A DNA stretch of 64,000 nt from Balanoglossus misakiensis (taxonomy: Eukaryota; Animalia; Hemichordata): the NCBI GenBank assembly GCA_040954595.2, contig CM082596.2, positions 10,842,454-10,906,453 of the forward strand. The letters are read 5' to 3'. Positions 35,962-50,900 of this stretch are shown one piece after another. The notes beneath the pieces are model-generated. The model saw nothing but the letters and a program-made list of their open reading frames with translations. It made no database searches and was not told the DNA's origin. The translations under genes and the position numbers were made by a program. Positions within the stretch are counted from its first letter, which is position 1, and each line of letters begins with the position of its first letter.

Positions 35962-38900
35962 TAAATTATTTGCAATATTCATCTATTCCTTACAACATTC
36001 CGGCATAACTCTTTCCATATTTGTTTTCATTCTGTGACTGTTCCACTTAAATCTTGTAGAGAATTCGTTATTCCAAAACAAAGCCTTGAAACTATAACAT
36101 AAGTCTTTTTAGTAAAACATATCCTGTTATGTGACCATTCTTTGAATTCATTTTATGATGTAAGAAGTTAAATTATTTGCAATATTAATCTATCCCTTAC
36201 AACATTCCGGCATAACGCTTTCCATATTTGTTTTCATTCTGTGACTGTTCCACTTAATTCTTGTAGAGAATTCGTTATTCCAAAACAAAGCCTTGAAACT
36301 ATATATAAATCTTTTTAGTAAAACATGGCCCGTGATTTGACCATTCTTTGAATTTCATTTATGATGTAAGAAATTAAATTATTTGCAATATTAAACTATC
36401 CCTTACAACATTCCGGCATAACTCTTTCTATATTTGTTTTCATTCTGTGACTGTTCCACTTAAATCTTGTAGAGAATTTGGTAATTCAACTCAAATTCTT
36501 GAACCTATACATAAGTCTTTTTAGTAAAACATATCCAATTATGTGACCATTCTTTGAATTCCATTTATGATGTAAGAAATTAAATTTTATGCAATATTAA
36601 TCTATCCCTTACAACATTCCAGCATAACTCTTTCCATATTTGTTTTCATTCTGTGACTGTTCCACTTAAATCTTGTAGAGAATTCGTCATTCCAAAACAA
36701 AGCCTTCAAACTATACATAAGTCTTTTTGTAAAACATGGCCCGTTATGTGACCATTCTTTGAATTCCATTTATGATGTAAGAAATTAAATTATTTGCAAT
36801 AATTATCTATCCCTTACAACATTCCGGCATAACGCTTTCCATATTTGTTTTCATTCTGTGACAGTTCCACTTAAATCTTGTAGATAATTCGTTATTCCAA
36901 AACAAAGCCTTCAAACTATACATATTAAGTCTTTTTAGTAAAACATGGCCCGTTATTTGACCATTCTTTGAATACCATTTATGATGTAAGAAATTAAATT
37001 ATTTGCAATATTAAACTATCCCTTACAACATTCCAGCATAACTATTTGAATATTTGTTTTCATTTTGTAACTGTTCAACTTAAATCTTGGAGAGAATTCG
37101 TTATTCCAAAACAAAGACTTGAAACTATACATAAGTCTTTTTAGTAAAACATGGCCCGTTATGTGACCATTCGTTGAATTCCATTTATGATGTAAGAAAT
37201 TAAATTATTTGCAATATTAATCTATCCCTTACAACATTCCGACATAACTCTTTCCATATTAGTTTTCATTCTGTGACTGTTCCACTTAAATCTTGTAGAG
37301 AATTTGGTATTTCAACACAAATTCTTGAACCTATACATAAGTCTTTTTAGTAAAACATATCCAGTTATGTGACCATTCTTTGAATTCCATTTATGATGTA
37401 AGAAATTAAATTTTATGCAATATTAATCTATCCCTTACAACATTTCAGCATAACTCTTTCCATATTTGTTTTCATTCTGTGACTGTTCCACTTAAATCTT
37501 GTACAGAATTCGTTAATCCAAAACAAAGGCTTGAAATTATACATATCCTGTTACGTGACCTTTCTTTGAATTCCATTTATGATGTAAGAAATTAAATCAT
37601 GTGCAATATTAATCTATTCCTTACAACATTCCGGCATAACTCTTTCCATATTTGTTTTCATTCTGTGACTGTTCCACTTAAATCTTGTAGATAATTCGTT
37701 ATTCCAAAACAAAGCCTTGAAACTATAACATAAGTTTTTTTCGTAAAACATATCCTGTTATGTGACCATTCTTTGAATTCATTTTATGATGTAAGAAATT
37801 AAATTATTTGCAATATTAATCTATCCCTTACAACATTCCAGCATAACTCTTTCCATATTTGTTTTCATTCTGTGACTATTCCACTTAAATTTTGTAGAGA
37901 ATTCGTTATTCCAAAACAAAGCCTTGAAACTATACATAAGTCTTTTTGTAAAACATGGCCCGTTATGTGACCATTCTTTGGTTTCCATTTATGATGTAAG
38001 AAATTAAATTATTTGCAATAATTATCTATCCCTTACAACATTCCGGCATAACGCTTTCCATATTTGTTTTCATTCTGTGACTGTTCCACTTAAATCTTGT
38101 AGAGAATTCGTTATTCCAAAACAAAGCCTTCAAACTATACATATTAAGTCTTTTTAGTAAAACATGGCCCGTTATTTGACCATTCTTTGAATTTCATTTA
38201 TGATGTAAGAAATTAAATTATTTGCAATATTAAACTATCCCTTACAACATTTCAGCATAACTATTTGAATATTTGTTTTCATTCTGTAACTGTTCAACTT
38301 AAATCTTGGAGAGAATTCGTTATTCCAAAACAAAGGCTTGAAACTATACATAAGTCTTTTTAGTAAAACATGGCCTGTTATGTGACCATTCTTTGAATTC
38401 CATTTATGATGTAAGAAATTAAATTTTATGCAATATTAATCTATCCCTTACAACATTTCAGCATAACTCTTTCCATATTTGTTTTCATTCTGTGACTGTT
38501 CCACTTAAATCTTGTAGAGAATTCGTTACTCCAAAACAAAGGCTTGAAACTATACATATCCTGTTACGTGACCTTTCTTTGAATTCCATTTATGATGTAA
38601 GAAATTAAATTATTTGCAATATTAATCTATTCCTTACAACATTCCGGCATAACTCTTTCCATATTTGTTTTCATTCTGTGACTGTTCCACTTAAATCTTG
38701 TAGAGAATTCGTTATTCCAAAACAAGGCCTTGAAACTATAACATAAGTCTTTTTAGTAAAACATATCCTGTCATGTGACCATTCTTTGAATTCATTTTAT
38801 GATGTAAGAAATTAAATTATTTGCAATATTAATCTATCCCTTACAACATTCCAGCATAACTCTTTCCATATTTGTTTTCATTCTGTGACTATTCCACTTA

Positions 38901-41900
38901 AATCTTGTAGAGAATCCGTTATTCCAAAACAAAACCTTGAAACTATACATAAGTCTTTTTAGTAAAACATGGCCCGTTATGTGACCATTCTTTGAATTTC
39001 ATTTATGATGTAAGAAATTAAATTATTTGCAATATTAAACTATCCCTTACAACATTCCAGCATAACTATTTGAATATTTGTTTTCATTCTGTAACTGTTC
39101 AACTTAAATCTTGGAGAGAATTCGTTATTCCAAACAAAGCCTTGAAACTATACATAAGTCTTTATAGTAAAACATGGCCCGTTATGTGAACATTCTTTGA
39201 ATTCCATTTATGATGTAAGAAATTAAATTTTATGCAATATTAATCTATCCCTTACAACATTTCAGCATAACTCTTTCCATATTTCTTTTCATTCTGTGAC
39301 TGTTCCACTTAAATCTTGTAGAGAATTCGTTACTCCAAAACAAAGGCTTGAAATTATACATATCCTGTTACGTGACCTTTCTTTGAATTCTATTTATGAT
39401 GTAAGAAATTAAATTATTTGCAATATTAATCTATTCCTTACAACATTCCGGCATAACTCTTTCCATATTTGTTTTCATTCTGTGACTGTTCCACTTAAGT
39501 CTTGTAGAGAATTCGTTATTCCAAAACAAAGCCTTGAAAGTATAACATAAGTCTTTTTAGTAAAACATATCCTGTTATGTGACCATTCTTTGAATTCATT
39601 TTATGATGTAAGAAATTAAATTATTTGCAATATTAATCTATCCCTTACAACATTCCAGCATAACTCTTTCCATATTTGTTTTCATTCTGTGACTATTCCA
39701 CTTAAATCTTGTAGAGAATTCGTTATTCCAAAACAAAACCTTGAAACTATACATAAGTCTTTTTAGTAAAACATGGCCCGTTATGTGACCATTCTTTGAA
39801 TTTCATTTATGATGTAAGAAATTAAATTATTTGCAATATTAAACTATCCCTTACAACATTCCAGCATAACTATTTGAATATTTGTTTTCATTCTGTAACT
39901 GTTCAACTTAAATCTTGTAGAGAATTCGTTATTCCAAAACAAAGCCTTCAAACTATACATATTAAGTCTTTTTAGTAAAACATGGCCCGTTATTTGACCA
40001 TTCTTTGAATTTCATTTATGATGTAAGAAATTAAATTATTTGCAATATTAATCTATCCCTTACAACAATCCGACATATCTCTTTCCATATTTGTTTTCAT
40101 TCTGTGACTGTTCCACTTAAATCTTGTAGAGAATTTGGTATTTCAACACAAATTCTTGAACTTATACATAAGTCTTTTTAGTAAAACATATCCAGTTACG
40201 TGACCATTCTTTGAATTCCATTTATGATGTAAGAAATTAAATTTTATGCAATATTAATCTATCCCTTACAACATTTCAGCATAACTCTTTCCATATTTGT
40301 TTTCATTCTGTGACTGTTCCACTTAAATCTTGTAGAGAATTCGTTACTCCAAAACAAAGGCTTGAAACTATACATATCCTGTTACGTGACCTTTCTTTGA
40401 ATTCCATTTATGATGTAAGAAATTAAATTATTTGCAATATTAATCTATTCCTTACAACATTCCGGCATAACTCTTTCCATATTTGTTTTCATTCTGTGAC
40501 TGTTCCACTTAAATCTTGTAGAGAATTCGTTATTCCAAAACAAAGCCTTGAAACTATAACATAAGTCTTTTTAGTAAAACATATCCTGTTATGTGACCAT
40601 TCTTTGAATTCATTTTATGATGTAAGAAATTAAATTATTTGCAATATTAATCTATCCCTTACAACATTCCAGCATAACTCTTTCCATATTTGTTTTCATT
40701 CTGTGACTATTCCACTTAAATCTTGTAGAGAATTCGTTATTCCAAAACAAAGCCTTGAAGCTATACATAAGTCTTTTTGTAAAACATGGCCCGTTATGTG
40801 ACCATTCTTTGGTTTCCATTTATGATGTAAGAAATTAAATTATTTGCAATAATTATCTATCCCTTACAACATTCCGGCATAACGCTTTCCATATTTGTTT
40901 TCATTCTGTGCCTGTTCCACTTAAATCTTGTAGAGAATTCGTTATTCCAAAACAAAGCCTTCAAACTATACATATTAAGTCTTTTTAGTAAAACATGGCC
41001 CGTTATTTGACCATTCTTTGAATTTCATTTATGATGTAAGAAATTAAATTATTTGCAATATTAAACTATCCCTTACAACATTTCAGCATAACTATTTGAA
41101 TATTTGTTTTCATTCTGTAACTGTTCAACTTAAATCTTGGAGAGAATTCGTTATTCCAAAACAAAGCCTTGAAACTATACATAAGTCTTTTTAGTAAAAC
41201 ATGGCCCGTTATGTGACCATTCTTTGAATTCTATTTATGATGTAAGAAATTAAATTATTTGCAATATTAATCTACCCTATCCCTTACAACAATCCGACAT
41301 ATCTTTTCCATATTTGTTTTCATTCTGTGACTGTTGCACTTAAATCTTGTAGAGAATCTGGTATTTCAACACAAATTCTTGAACTTATACATAAGTCTTT
41401 TTAGTAAAACATATCCAGTTATGTGACCATTCTTTGAATTCCATTTATGATGTAAGAAATTAAATTTTATGCAATATTAATCTATCCCTTACAACATTTC
41501 AGCATAACTCTTTCCATATTTGTTTTCATTCTGTGACTGTTCCACTTAAATCTTGTAGAGAATTCGTTACTCCAAAACAAAGGCTTGAAACTATACATAT
41601 CCTGTTACGTGACCTTTCTTTGAATTCCATTTATGATGTAAGAAATTAAATTATTTGCAATATTAATCTATTCCTTACAACATTCTGGCATAACTCTTTC
41701 CATATTTGTTTTCATTCTGTGACTGTTCCATTTAAATCTTGTAGACAATTCGTTATTCCAAAACAAAGCCTTGAAACTATAACATAAGTCTTTTTCGTAA
41801 AACATATCCTGTTATGTGACCATTCTTTGAATTCATTTTATGATGTAAGAAATTAAATTATTTGCAATATTAATCTATCCCTTACAACATTCCAGCATAA

Positions 41901-44900
41901 CTCTTTCCATATTTGTTTTCATTCTGTGACTATTCCACTTAAATCTTGTAGAGAATTCGTTATTCCAAAACAAAGCCTTGAAACTATACATAAGTCTTTT
42001 TGTAAAACATGGCCCGTTATGTGACCATTCTTTGGTTTCCATTTATGATGTAAGAAATTAAATTATTTGCAATAATTATCTATCCCTTACAACATTCCGG
42101 CATAACGCTTTCCATATTTGTTTTCATTCTGTGCCTGTTCCACTTAAATCTTGTAGAGAATTCGTTATTCCAAAACAAAGCCTCTAAACTATACATATTA
42201 AGTCTTTTTAGTAAAACATGGCCCGTTATTTGACCATTCTTTGAATTTCATTTATGATGTAAGAAATTAAATTATTTGCAATATTAAACTATCCCTTACA
42301 ACATTTCAGCATAACTATTTGAATATTTGTTTTCATTCTGTAACTGTTCAACTTAAATCTTGGAGAGAATTCGTTATTCCAAAACAAAGCCTTGAAACTA
42401 TACATAAGTCTTTTTAGTAAAACATGGCCCATTATGTGACCATTCTTTGAATTCCATTTATGATGTAAGAAATTAAATTATTTGCAATATTAATCTATCC
42501 CTTACAACAATCCGACATATCTCTTTCCATATTTGTTTTCATTCTGTGACTGTTCCACTTAAATCTTGTAGAGAATTTGGTATTCAACACAAATTCTTGA
42601 ACTTATACATAAGTCTTTTTAGTAAAACATATCCAGTTATGTGACCATTCTTTGAATTCCATTTATGATGTAAGAAATTAAATTTTATGCAATATTAATC
42701 TATCCCTTACAACATTTCAGCATAACTCTTTCCATATTTGTTTTCATTCTGTGACTGTTCCACTTAAATCTTGTAGAGAATTCGTTACTCCAAAACAAAG
42801 GCTTGAAACTATACATATCCTGTTACGTGACCTTTCTTTGAATTCCATTTATGATGTAAGAAATTAAATTATTTGCAATATTAATCTATTCCTTACAACA
42901 TTCCGGCATAACTCTTTCCATATTTGTTTTCTTTCTGTGACTGTTCCACTTAAATCTTGTAGAGAATTCGTTATTCCAAAACAAAGCCTTGAAACTATAA
43001 CATAAGTCTTTTTAGTAAAACATATCCTGTTATGTGACCATTCTTTGAATTCATTTTATGATGTAAGAAATTAAATTATTTGCAATATTAATCTATCCCT
43101 TACAACATTCCAGCATAACTCTTTCCATATTTGTTTTCATTCTGTGACTATTCCACTTAAATCTTGTAGAGAATTCGTTATTCCAAAACAAAGCCTTGAA
43201 GCTATACATAAGTCTTTTTGTAAAACATGGCCCGTTATGTGACCATTCTTTGGTTTCCATTTATGATGTAAGAAATTAAATTATTTGCAATAATTATCTA
43301 TCCCTTACAACATTCCGGCATAACGCTTTCCATATTTGTTTTCATTCTGTGCCTGTTCCACTTAAATCTTGTAGAGAATTCGTTATTCCAAAACAAAGCC
43401 TTCAAACTATACATATTAAGTCTTTTTAGTAAAACATGGCCCGTTATTTGACCATTCTTTGAATTTCATTTATGATGTAAGAAATTAAATTATTTCCAAT
43501 ATTAAACTATCCCTTACAACATTTCAGCATAACTATTTGAATATTTGTTTTCATTCTGTAACTGTTCAACTTAAATCTTGGAGAGAATTCGTTATTCCAA
43601 AACAAAGCCTTGAAACTATACATAAGTCTTTTTAGTAAAACATGGCCCGTTATGTGACCATTCTTTGAAATCCATTTATGATGTAAGAAATTAAATTATT
43701 TGCAATATTAATCTACCCTATCCCTTACAACAATCCGACATATCTTTTCCATATTTGTTTTCATTCTGTGACTGTTGCACTTAAATCTTGTAGAGAATCT
43801 GGTATTTCAACACAAATTCTTGAACTTATACATAAGTCTTTTTAGTAAAACATATCCAGTTATGTGACCATTCTTTGAATTCCATTTATGATGTAAGAAA
43901 TTAAATTTTATGCAATATTAATCTATCCCTTACAACATTTCAGCATAACTCTTTCCATATTTGTTTTCATTCTGTGACTGTTCCACTTAAATCTTGTAGA
44001 GAATTCGTTACTCCAAAACAAAGGCTTGAAACTATACATATCCTGTTACGTGACCTTTCTTTGAATTCCATTTATGATGTAAGAAATTAAATTATTTGCA
44101 ATATTAATCTATTCCTTACAACATTCTGGCATAACTCTTTCCATATTTGTTTTCATTCTGTGACTGTTCCATTTAAATCTTGTAGACAATTCGTTATTCC
44201 AAAACAAAGCCTTGAAACTATAACATAAGTCTTTTTCGTAAAACATATCCTGTTATGTGACCATTCTTTGAATTCATTTTATGATGTAAGAAATTAAATT
44301 ATTTGCAATATTAATCTATCCCTTACAACATTCCAGCATAACTCTTTCCATATTTGTTTTCATTCTGTGACTATTCCACTTAAATCTTGTAGAGAATTCG
44401 TTATTCCAAAACAAAGCCTTGAAACTATACATAAGTCTTTTTGTAAAACATGGCCCGTTATGTGACCATTCTTTGGTTTCCATTTATGATGTAAGAAATT
44501 AAATTATTTGCAATAATTATCTATCCCTTACAACATTCCGGCATAACGCTTTCCATATTTGTTTTCATTCTGTGCCTGTTCCACTTAAATCTTGTAGAGA
44601 ATTCGTTATTCCAAAACAAAGCCTTCAAACTATACATATTAAGTCTTTTTAGTAAAACATGGCCCGTTATTTGACCATTCTTTGAATTTCATTTATGATG
44701 TAAGAAATTAAATTATTTGCAATATTAAACTATCCCTTACAACATTTCAGCATAACTATTTGAATATTTGTTTTCATTCTGTAACTGTTCAACTTAAATC
44801 TTGGAGAGAATTCGTTATTCCAAAACAAAGCCTTGAAACTATACATAAGTCTTTTTAGTAAAACATGGCCCATTATGTGACCATTCTTTGAATTCCATTT

Positions 44901-47900
44901 ATGATGTAAGAAATTAAATTATTTGCAATATTAATCTATCCCTTACAACAATCCGACATATCTCTTTCCATATTTGTTTTCATTCTGTGACTGTTCCACT
45001 TAAATCTTGTAGAGAATTTGGTATTCAACACAAATTCTTGAACTTATACATAAGTCTTTTTAGTAAAACATATCCAGTTATGTGACCATTCTTTGAATTC
45101 CATTTATGATGTAAGAAATTAAATTTTATGCAATATTAATCTATCCCTTACAACATTTCAGCATAACTCTTTCCATATTTGTTTTCATTCTGTGACTGTT
45201 CCACTTAAATCTTGTAGAGAATTCGTTACTCCAAAACAAAGGCTTGAAACTATACATATCCTGTTACGTGACCTTTCTTTGAATTCCATTTATGATGTAA
45301 GAAATTAAATTATTTGCAATATTAATCTATTCCTTACAACATTCCGGCATAACTCTTTCCATATTTGTTTTCTTTCTGTGACTGTTCCACTTAAATCTTG
45401 TAGAGAATTCGTTATTCCAAAACAAAGCCTTGAAACTATAACATAAGTCTTTTTAGTAAAACATATCCTGTTATGTGACCATTCTTTGAATTCATTTTAT
45501 GATGTAAGAAATTAAATTATTTGCAATATTAATCTATCCCTTACAACATTCCAGCATAACTCTTTCCATATTTGTTTTCATTCTGTGACTATTCCACTTA
45601 AATCTTGTAGAGAATTCGTTATTCCAAAACAAAGCCTTGAAGCTATACATAAGTCTTTTTGTAAAACATGGCCCGTTATGTGACCATTCTTTGGTTTCCA
45701 TTTATGATGTAAGAAATTAAATTATTTGCAATAATTATCTATCCCTTACAACATTCCGGCATAACGCTTTCCATATTTGTTTTCATTCTGTGCCTGTTCC
45801 ACTTAAATCTTGTAGAGAATTCGTTATTCCAAAACAAAGCCTTCAAACTATACATATTAAGTCTTTTTAGTAAAACATGGCCCGTTATTTGACCATTCTT
45901 TGAATTTCATTTATGATGTAAGAAATTAAATTATTTGCAATATTAAACTATCCCTTACAACATTTCAGCATAACTATTTGAATATTTGTTTTCATTCTGT
46001 AACTGTTCAACTTAAATCTTGGAGAGAATTCGTTATTCCAAAACAAAGCCTTGAAACTATACATAAGTCTTTTTAGTAAAACATGGCCCGTTATGTGACC
46101 ATTCTTTGAAATCCATTTATGATGTAAGAAATTAAATTATTTGCAATATTAATCTACCCTATCCCTTACAACAATCCGACATATCTTTTCCATATTTGTT
46201 TTCATTCTGTGACTGTTGCACTTAAATCTTGTAGAGAATCTGGTATTTCAACACAAATTCTTGAACTTATACATAAGTCTTTTTAGTAAAACATATCCAG
46301 TTATGTGACCATTCTTTGAATTCCATTTATGATGTAAGAAATTAAATTTTATGCAATATTAATCTATCCCTTACAACATTTCAGCATAACTCTTTCCATA
46401 TTTGTTTTCATTCTGTGACTGTTCCACTTAAATCTTGTAGAGAATTCGTTACTCCAAAACAAAGGCTTGAAACTATACATATCCTGTTACGTGACCTTTC
46501 TTTGAATTCCATTTATGATGTAAGAAATTAAATTATTTGCAATATTAATCTATTCCTTACAACATTCTGGCATAACTCTTTCCATATTTGTTTTCATTCT
46601 GTGACTGTTCCATTTAAATCTTGTAGACAATTCGTTATTCCAAAACAAAGCCTTGAAACTATAACATAAGTCTTTTTCGTAAAACATATCCTGTTATGTG
46701 ACCATTCTTTGAATTCATTTTATGATGTAAGAAATTAAATTATTTGCAATATTAATCTATCCCTTACAACATTCCAGCATAACTCTTTCCATATTTGTTT
46801 TCATTCTGTGACTATTCCACTTAAATCTTGTAGAGAATTCGTTATTCCAAAACAAAGCCTTGAAACTATACATAAGTCTTTTTGTAAAACATGGCCCGTT
46901 ATGTGACCATTCTTTGGTTTCCATTTATGATGTAAGAAATTAAATTATTTGCAATAATTATCTATCCCTTACAACATTCCGGCATAACGCTTTCCATATT
47001 TGTTTTCATTCTGTGCCTGTTCCACTTAAATCTTGTAGAGAATTCGTTATTCCAAAACAAAGCCTTCAAACTATACATATTAAGTCTTTTTAGTAAAACA
47101 TGGCCCGTTATTTGACCATTCTTTGAATTTCATTTATGATGTAAGAAATTAAATTATTTGCAATATTAAACTATCCCTTACAACATTTCAGCATAACTAT
47201 TTGAATATTTGTTTTCATTCTGTAACTGTTCAACTTAAATCTTGGAGAGAATTCGTTATTCCAAAACAAAGCCTTGAAACTATACATAAGTCTTTTTAGT
47301 AAAACATGGCCCATTATGTGACCATTCTTTGAATTCCATTTATGATGTAAGAAATTAAATTATTTGCAATATTAATCTATCCCTTACAACAATCCGACAT
47401 ATCTCTTTCCATATTTGTTTTCATTCTGTGACTGTTCCACTTAAATCTTGTAGAGAATTTGGTATTCAACACAAATTCTTGAACTTATACATAAGTCTTT
47501 TTAGTAAAACATATCCAGTTATGTGACCATTCTTTGAATTCCATTTATGATGTAAGAAATTAAATTTTATGCAATATTAATCTATCCCTTACAACATTTC
47601 AGCATAACTCTTTCCATATTTGTTTTCATTCTGTGACTGTTCCACTTAAATCTTGTAGAGAATTCGTTACTCCAAAACAAAGGCTTGAAACTATACATAT
47701 CCTGTTACGTGACCTTTCTTTGAATTCCATTTATGATGTAAGAAATTAAATTATTTGCAATATTAATCTATTCCTTACAACATTCCGGCATAACTCTTTC
47801 CATATTTGTTTTCTTTCTGTGACTGTTCCACTTAAATCTTGTAGAGAATTCGTTATTCCAAAACAAAGCCTTGAAACTATAACATAAGTCTTTTTAGTAA

Positions 47901-50900
47901 AACATATCCTGTTATGTGACCATTCTTTGAATTCATTTTATGATGTAAGAAATTAAATTATTTGCAATATTAATCTATCCCTTACAACATTCCAGCATAA
48001 CTCTTTCCATATTTGTTTTCATTCTATGACTATTCCACTTAAATCTTGTAGAGAATTCGTTATTCCAAAACGAAACCTTGAAACTATACATAAGTCTTTT
48101 TAGTAAAACATGGCCCGTTATGTGACCATTCTTTGAATTTCATTTATGATGTAAGAAATTAAATTATTTGCAATATTAAACTATCCCTTACAACATTCCA
48201 GCATAACTCTTTCCATATTTGTTTTCATTCTGTGACTGTTCCACTTAAATCTTGTAGAGAATTCGTTATTCCAAAACAAAGCCTTGAAACTATAACATAA
48301 GTCTTTTTAGTAAAACATATCCTGTTATATGACCATTCTTTGAATTCAATTTATGATGTAAGAAATTAAATTATTTGCAATATTAATCTATCCCTTACAA
48401 CATTCCAGCATAACTCTTTCCATATTTGTTTTCATTCTGTGACTATTCCACTTAAATATTGTAGAGAATTCGTTATTCCAAAACAAAACCTTGAAACTAT
48501 ACATAAGTCTTTTTAGTAAAACATGGCCCGTTATGTGACCATTCTTTGAATTTCATTTATGATGTAAGAAATTAAATTATTTGCAATATTAAACTATCCC
48601 TTACAACATTCCAGCATAACTATTTGAATATTTGTTTTCATTCTGTAACTGTTCAACTTAAATCTTGGAGAGAATTCGTTATTCCAAACAAAGCCTTGAA
48701 ACTATACATAAGTCTTTTTAGTAAAACATGGCCCGTTATGTGACCATTCTTTGAATTCATTTTATGATGTAAGAAATTAAATTATTTGCAATATTAATCT
48801 ATCCCTTACAACATTCCAGCATAACTCTTTCCATATTTGTTTTCATTCTGTGACTGTTCCACTTAAATCTTGTAGAGAATTCGTTACTCCAAAACAAAGG
48901 CTTGAAACTATACATATCCTGTTACGTGACCTTTCTTTGAATTCCATTTATGATGTAAAAAATTAAATTATTTGCAATATTAATCTATTCCTTACAACAT
49001 TCCGGCATAACTCTTTCCATATTTGTTTTCATTCTGTGACTGTTCCACTTAAATCTTGTAGAGAATTCGTTATTCCAAAACATAGCCTTGAAACTATAAC
49101 ATAAGTCTTTTTAGTAAAACATATCCTGTTATGTGACCATTCTTTGAATTCATTTTATGATGTAAGAAATTAAATTATTTGCAATATTAATCTATCCCTT
49201 ACAACATTCCAGCATAACTCTTTCCATATTTGTTTTCATTCTGTGACTATTCCACTTAAATCTTGTAGAGAATTCGTTATTCCAAAACAAAGCCTTGAAA
49301 CTATACATAAGTCTTTTTAGTAAAACATGGCCCGTTATTTGACCATTCTTTGAATTTCATTTATGATGTAAGAAATTAAATTATTTGCAATATTAAACTA
49401 TCCCTTACAACATTCCAGCATAACTCTTTCCATATTTGTTTTCATTCTGTGACTTTTCCACTTAAATCTTGTAGAGAATTCGTTATTCCAAAACAAAGCC
49501 TTGAAACTATAACATAAGTCTTTTTAGTAAAACATATCCTGTTATGTGACCATTCTTTGAATTCAATTTATGATGTAAGAAATTAAATTATTTGCAATAT
49601 TAATCTATCCCTTACAACATTCCAGCATAACTCTTTCCATATTTGTTTTCATTCTGTGACTATTCCACTTAAATCTTGTAGAGAATTCGTTATTCCAAAA
49701 CAAAACCTTGAAACTATACATAAGTCTTTTTAGTAAAACATTGCCCGTTATGTGACCATTCTTTGAATTTCATTTATGATGTAAGAAATTAAATTATTTG
49801 CAATATTAAACTATCCCTTACAACATTCCAGCATAACTATTTGAATATTTGTTTTCATTCTGTAACTGTTCAACTTAAATCTTGGAGACAATTCGTTATT
49901 CCAAACAAAGCCTTGAAACTATACATAAGTCTTTTTAGTAAAACATGGCCCGTTATGTGACCATTCTTTGAATTCCATTTATGATGTAAGAAATTAAATT
50001 ATTTGCAATATTAATCTATCCCTTACAACATTTCAGCATAACTCTTTCCATATTTGTTTTCATTCTGTGACTGTTCCACTTAAATCTTGTAGAGAATTCG
50101 TTACACCAAAACAAAGGCGTGAAACTATACATATCCTGTTACGTGACCTTTCTTTGAATTCCATTTATGATGTAAGAAATTAAATTATTTGCAATATTAA
50201 TCTATTCCTTACAACATTCCGGCATAACTCTTTCCATATTTGTTTTCATTCTGTGACTGTTCCACTTAAATCTTGTAGAGAATTCGTTATTCCAAAACAA
50301 AGCCTTGAAACTATAACATAAGTCTTTTTAGTAAAACATATCCTGTTATGTGACCATTCTTTGAATTCATTTTATGATGCAAGAAATTAAATTATTTGCA
50401 ATATTAATCTATCCCTTACAACATTCCAGCATAACGCTTTCCATATTTATTTTCATTCTGTGACTGTTCCACTTAAATCTTGTAGAGAATTCGTTATTCC
50501 AAAACAAAGCCTTGAAACTATAACATAAGTCTTTTTAGTAAAACATATCCTGTTATGTGACCATTCTTTGAATTCATTTTATGATGTAAGAAATTAAATT
50601 ATTTGCAATATTAAACTATCCCTTACAACATTTCAGCATAACTATTTGAATATTTGTTTTCATTCTGTAACTGTTCAACTTAAATCTTGGAGAGAATTCA
50701 TTATTCCAAAACAAAGCCTTGAAACTATACATAAGTCTTTTTAGTAAAACATGGCCCGTTATGTGACCATTCTTTGAATTCCATTTATGATGTAAGAAAT
50801 TAAATTATTTGCAATATTAATCTATCCCTTACAACATTCTGACATATCTCTTTCCATATTTGTTTTCATTCTGTGACTGTTCCACTTAAATCTTGTAGAG

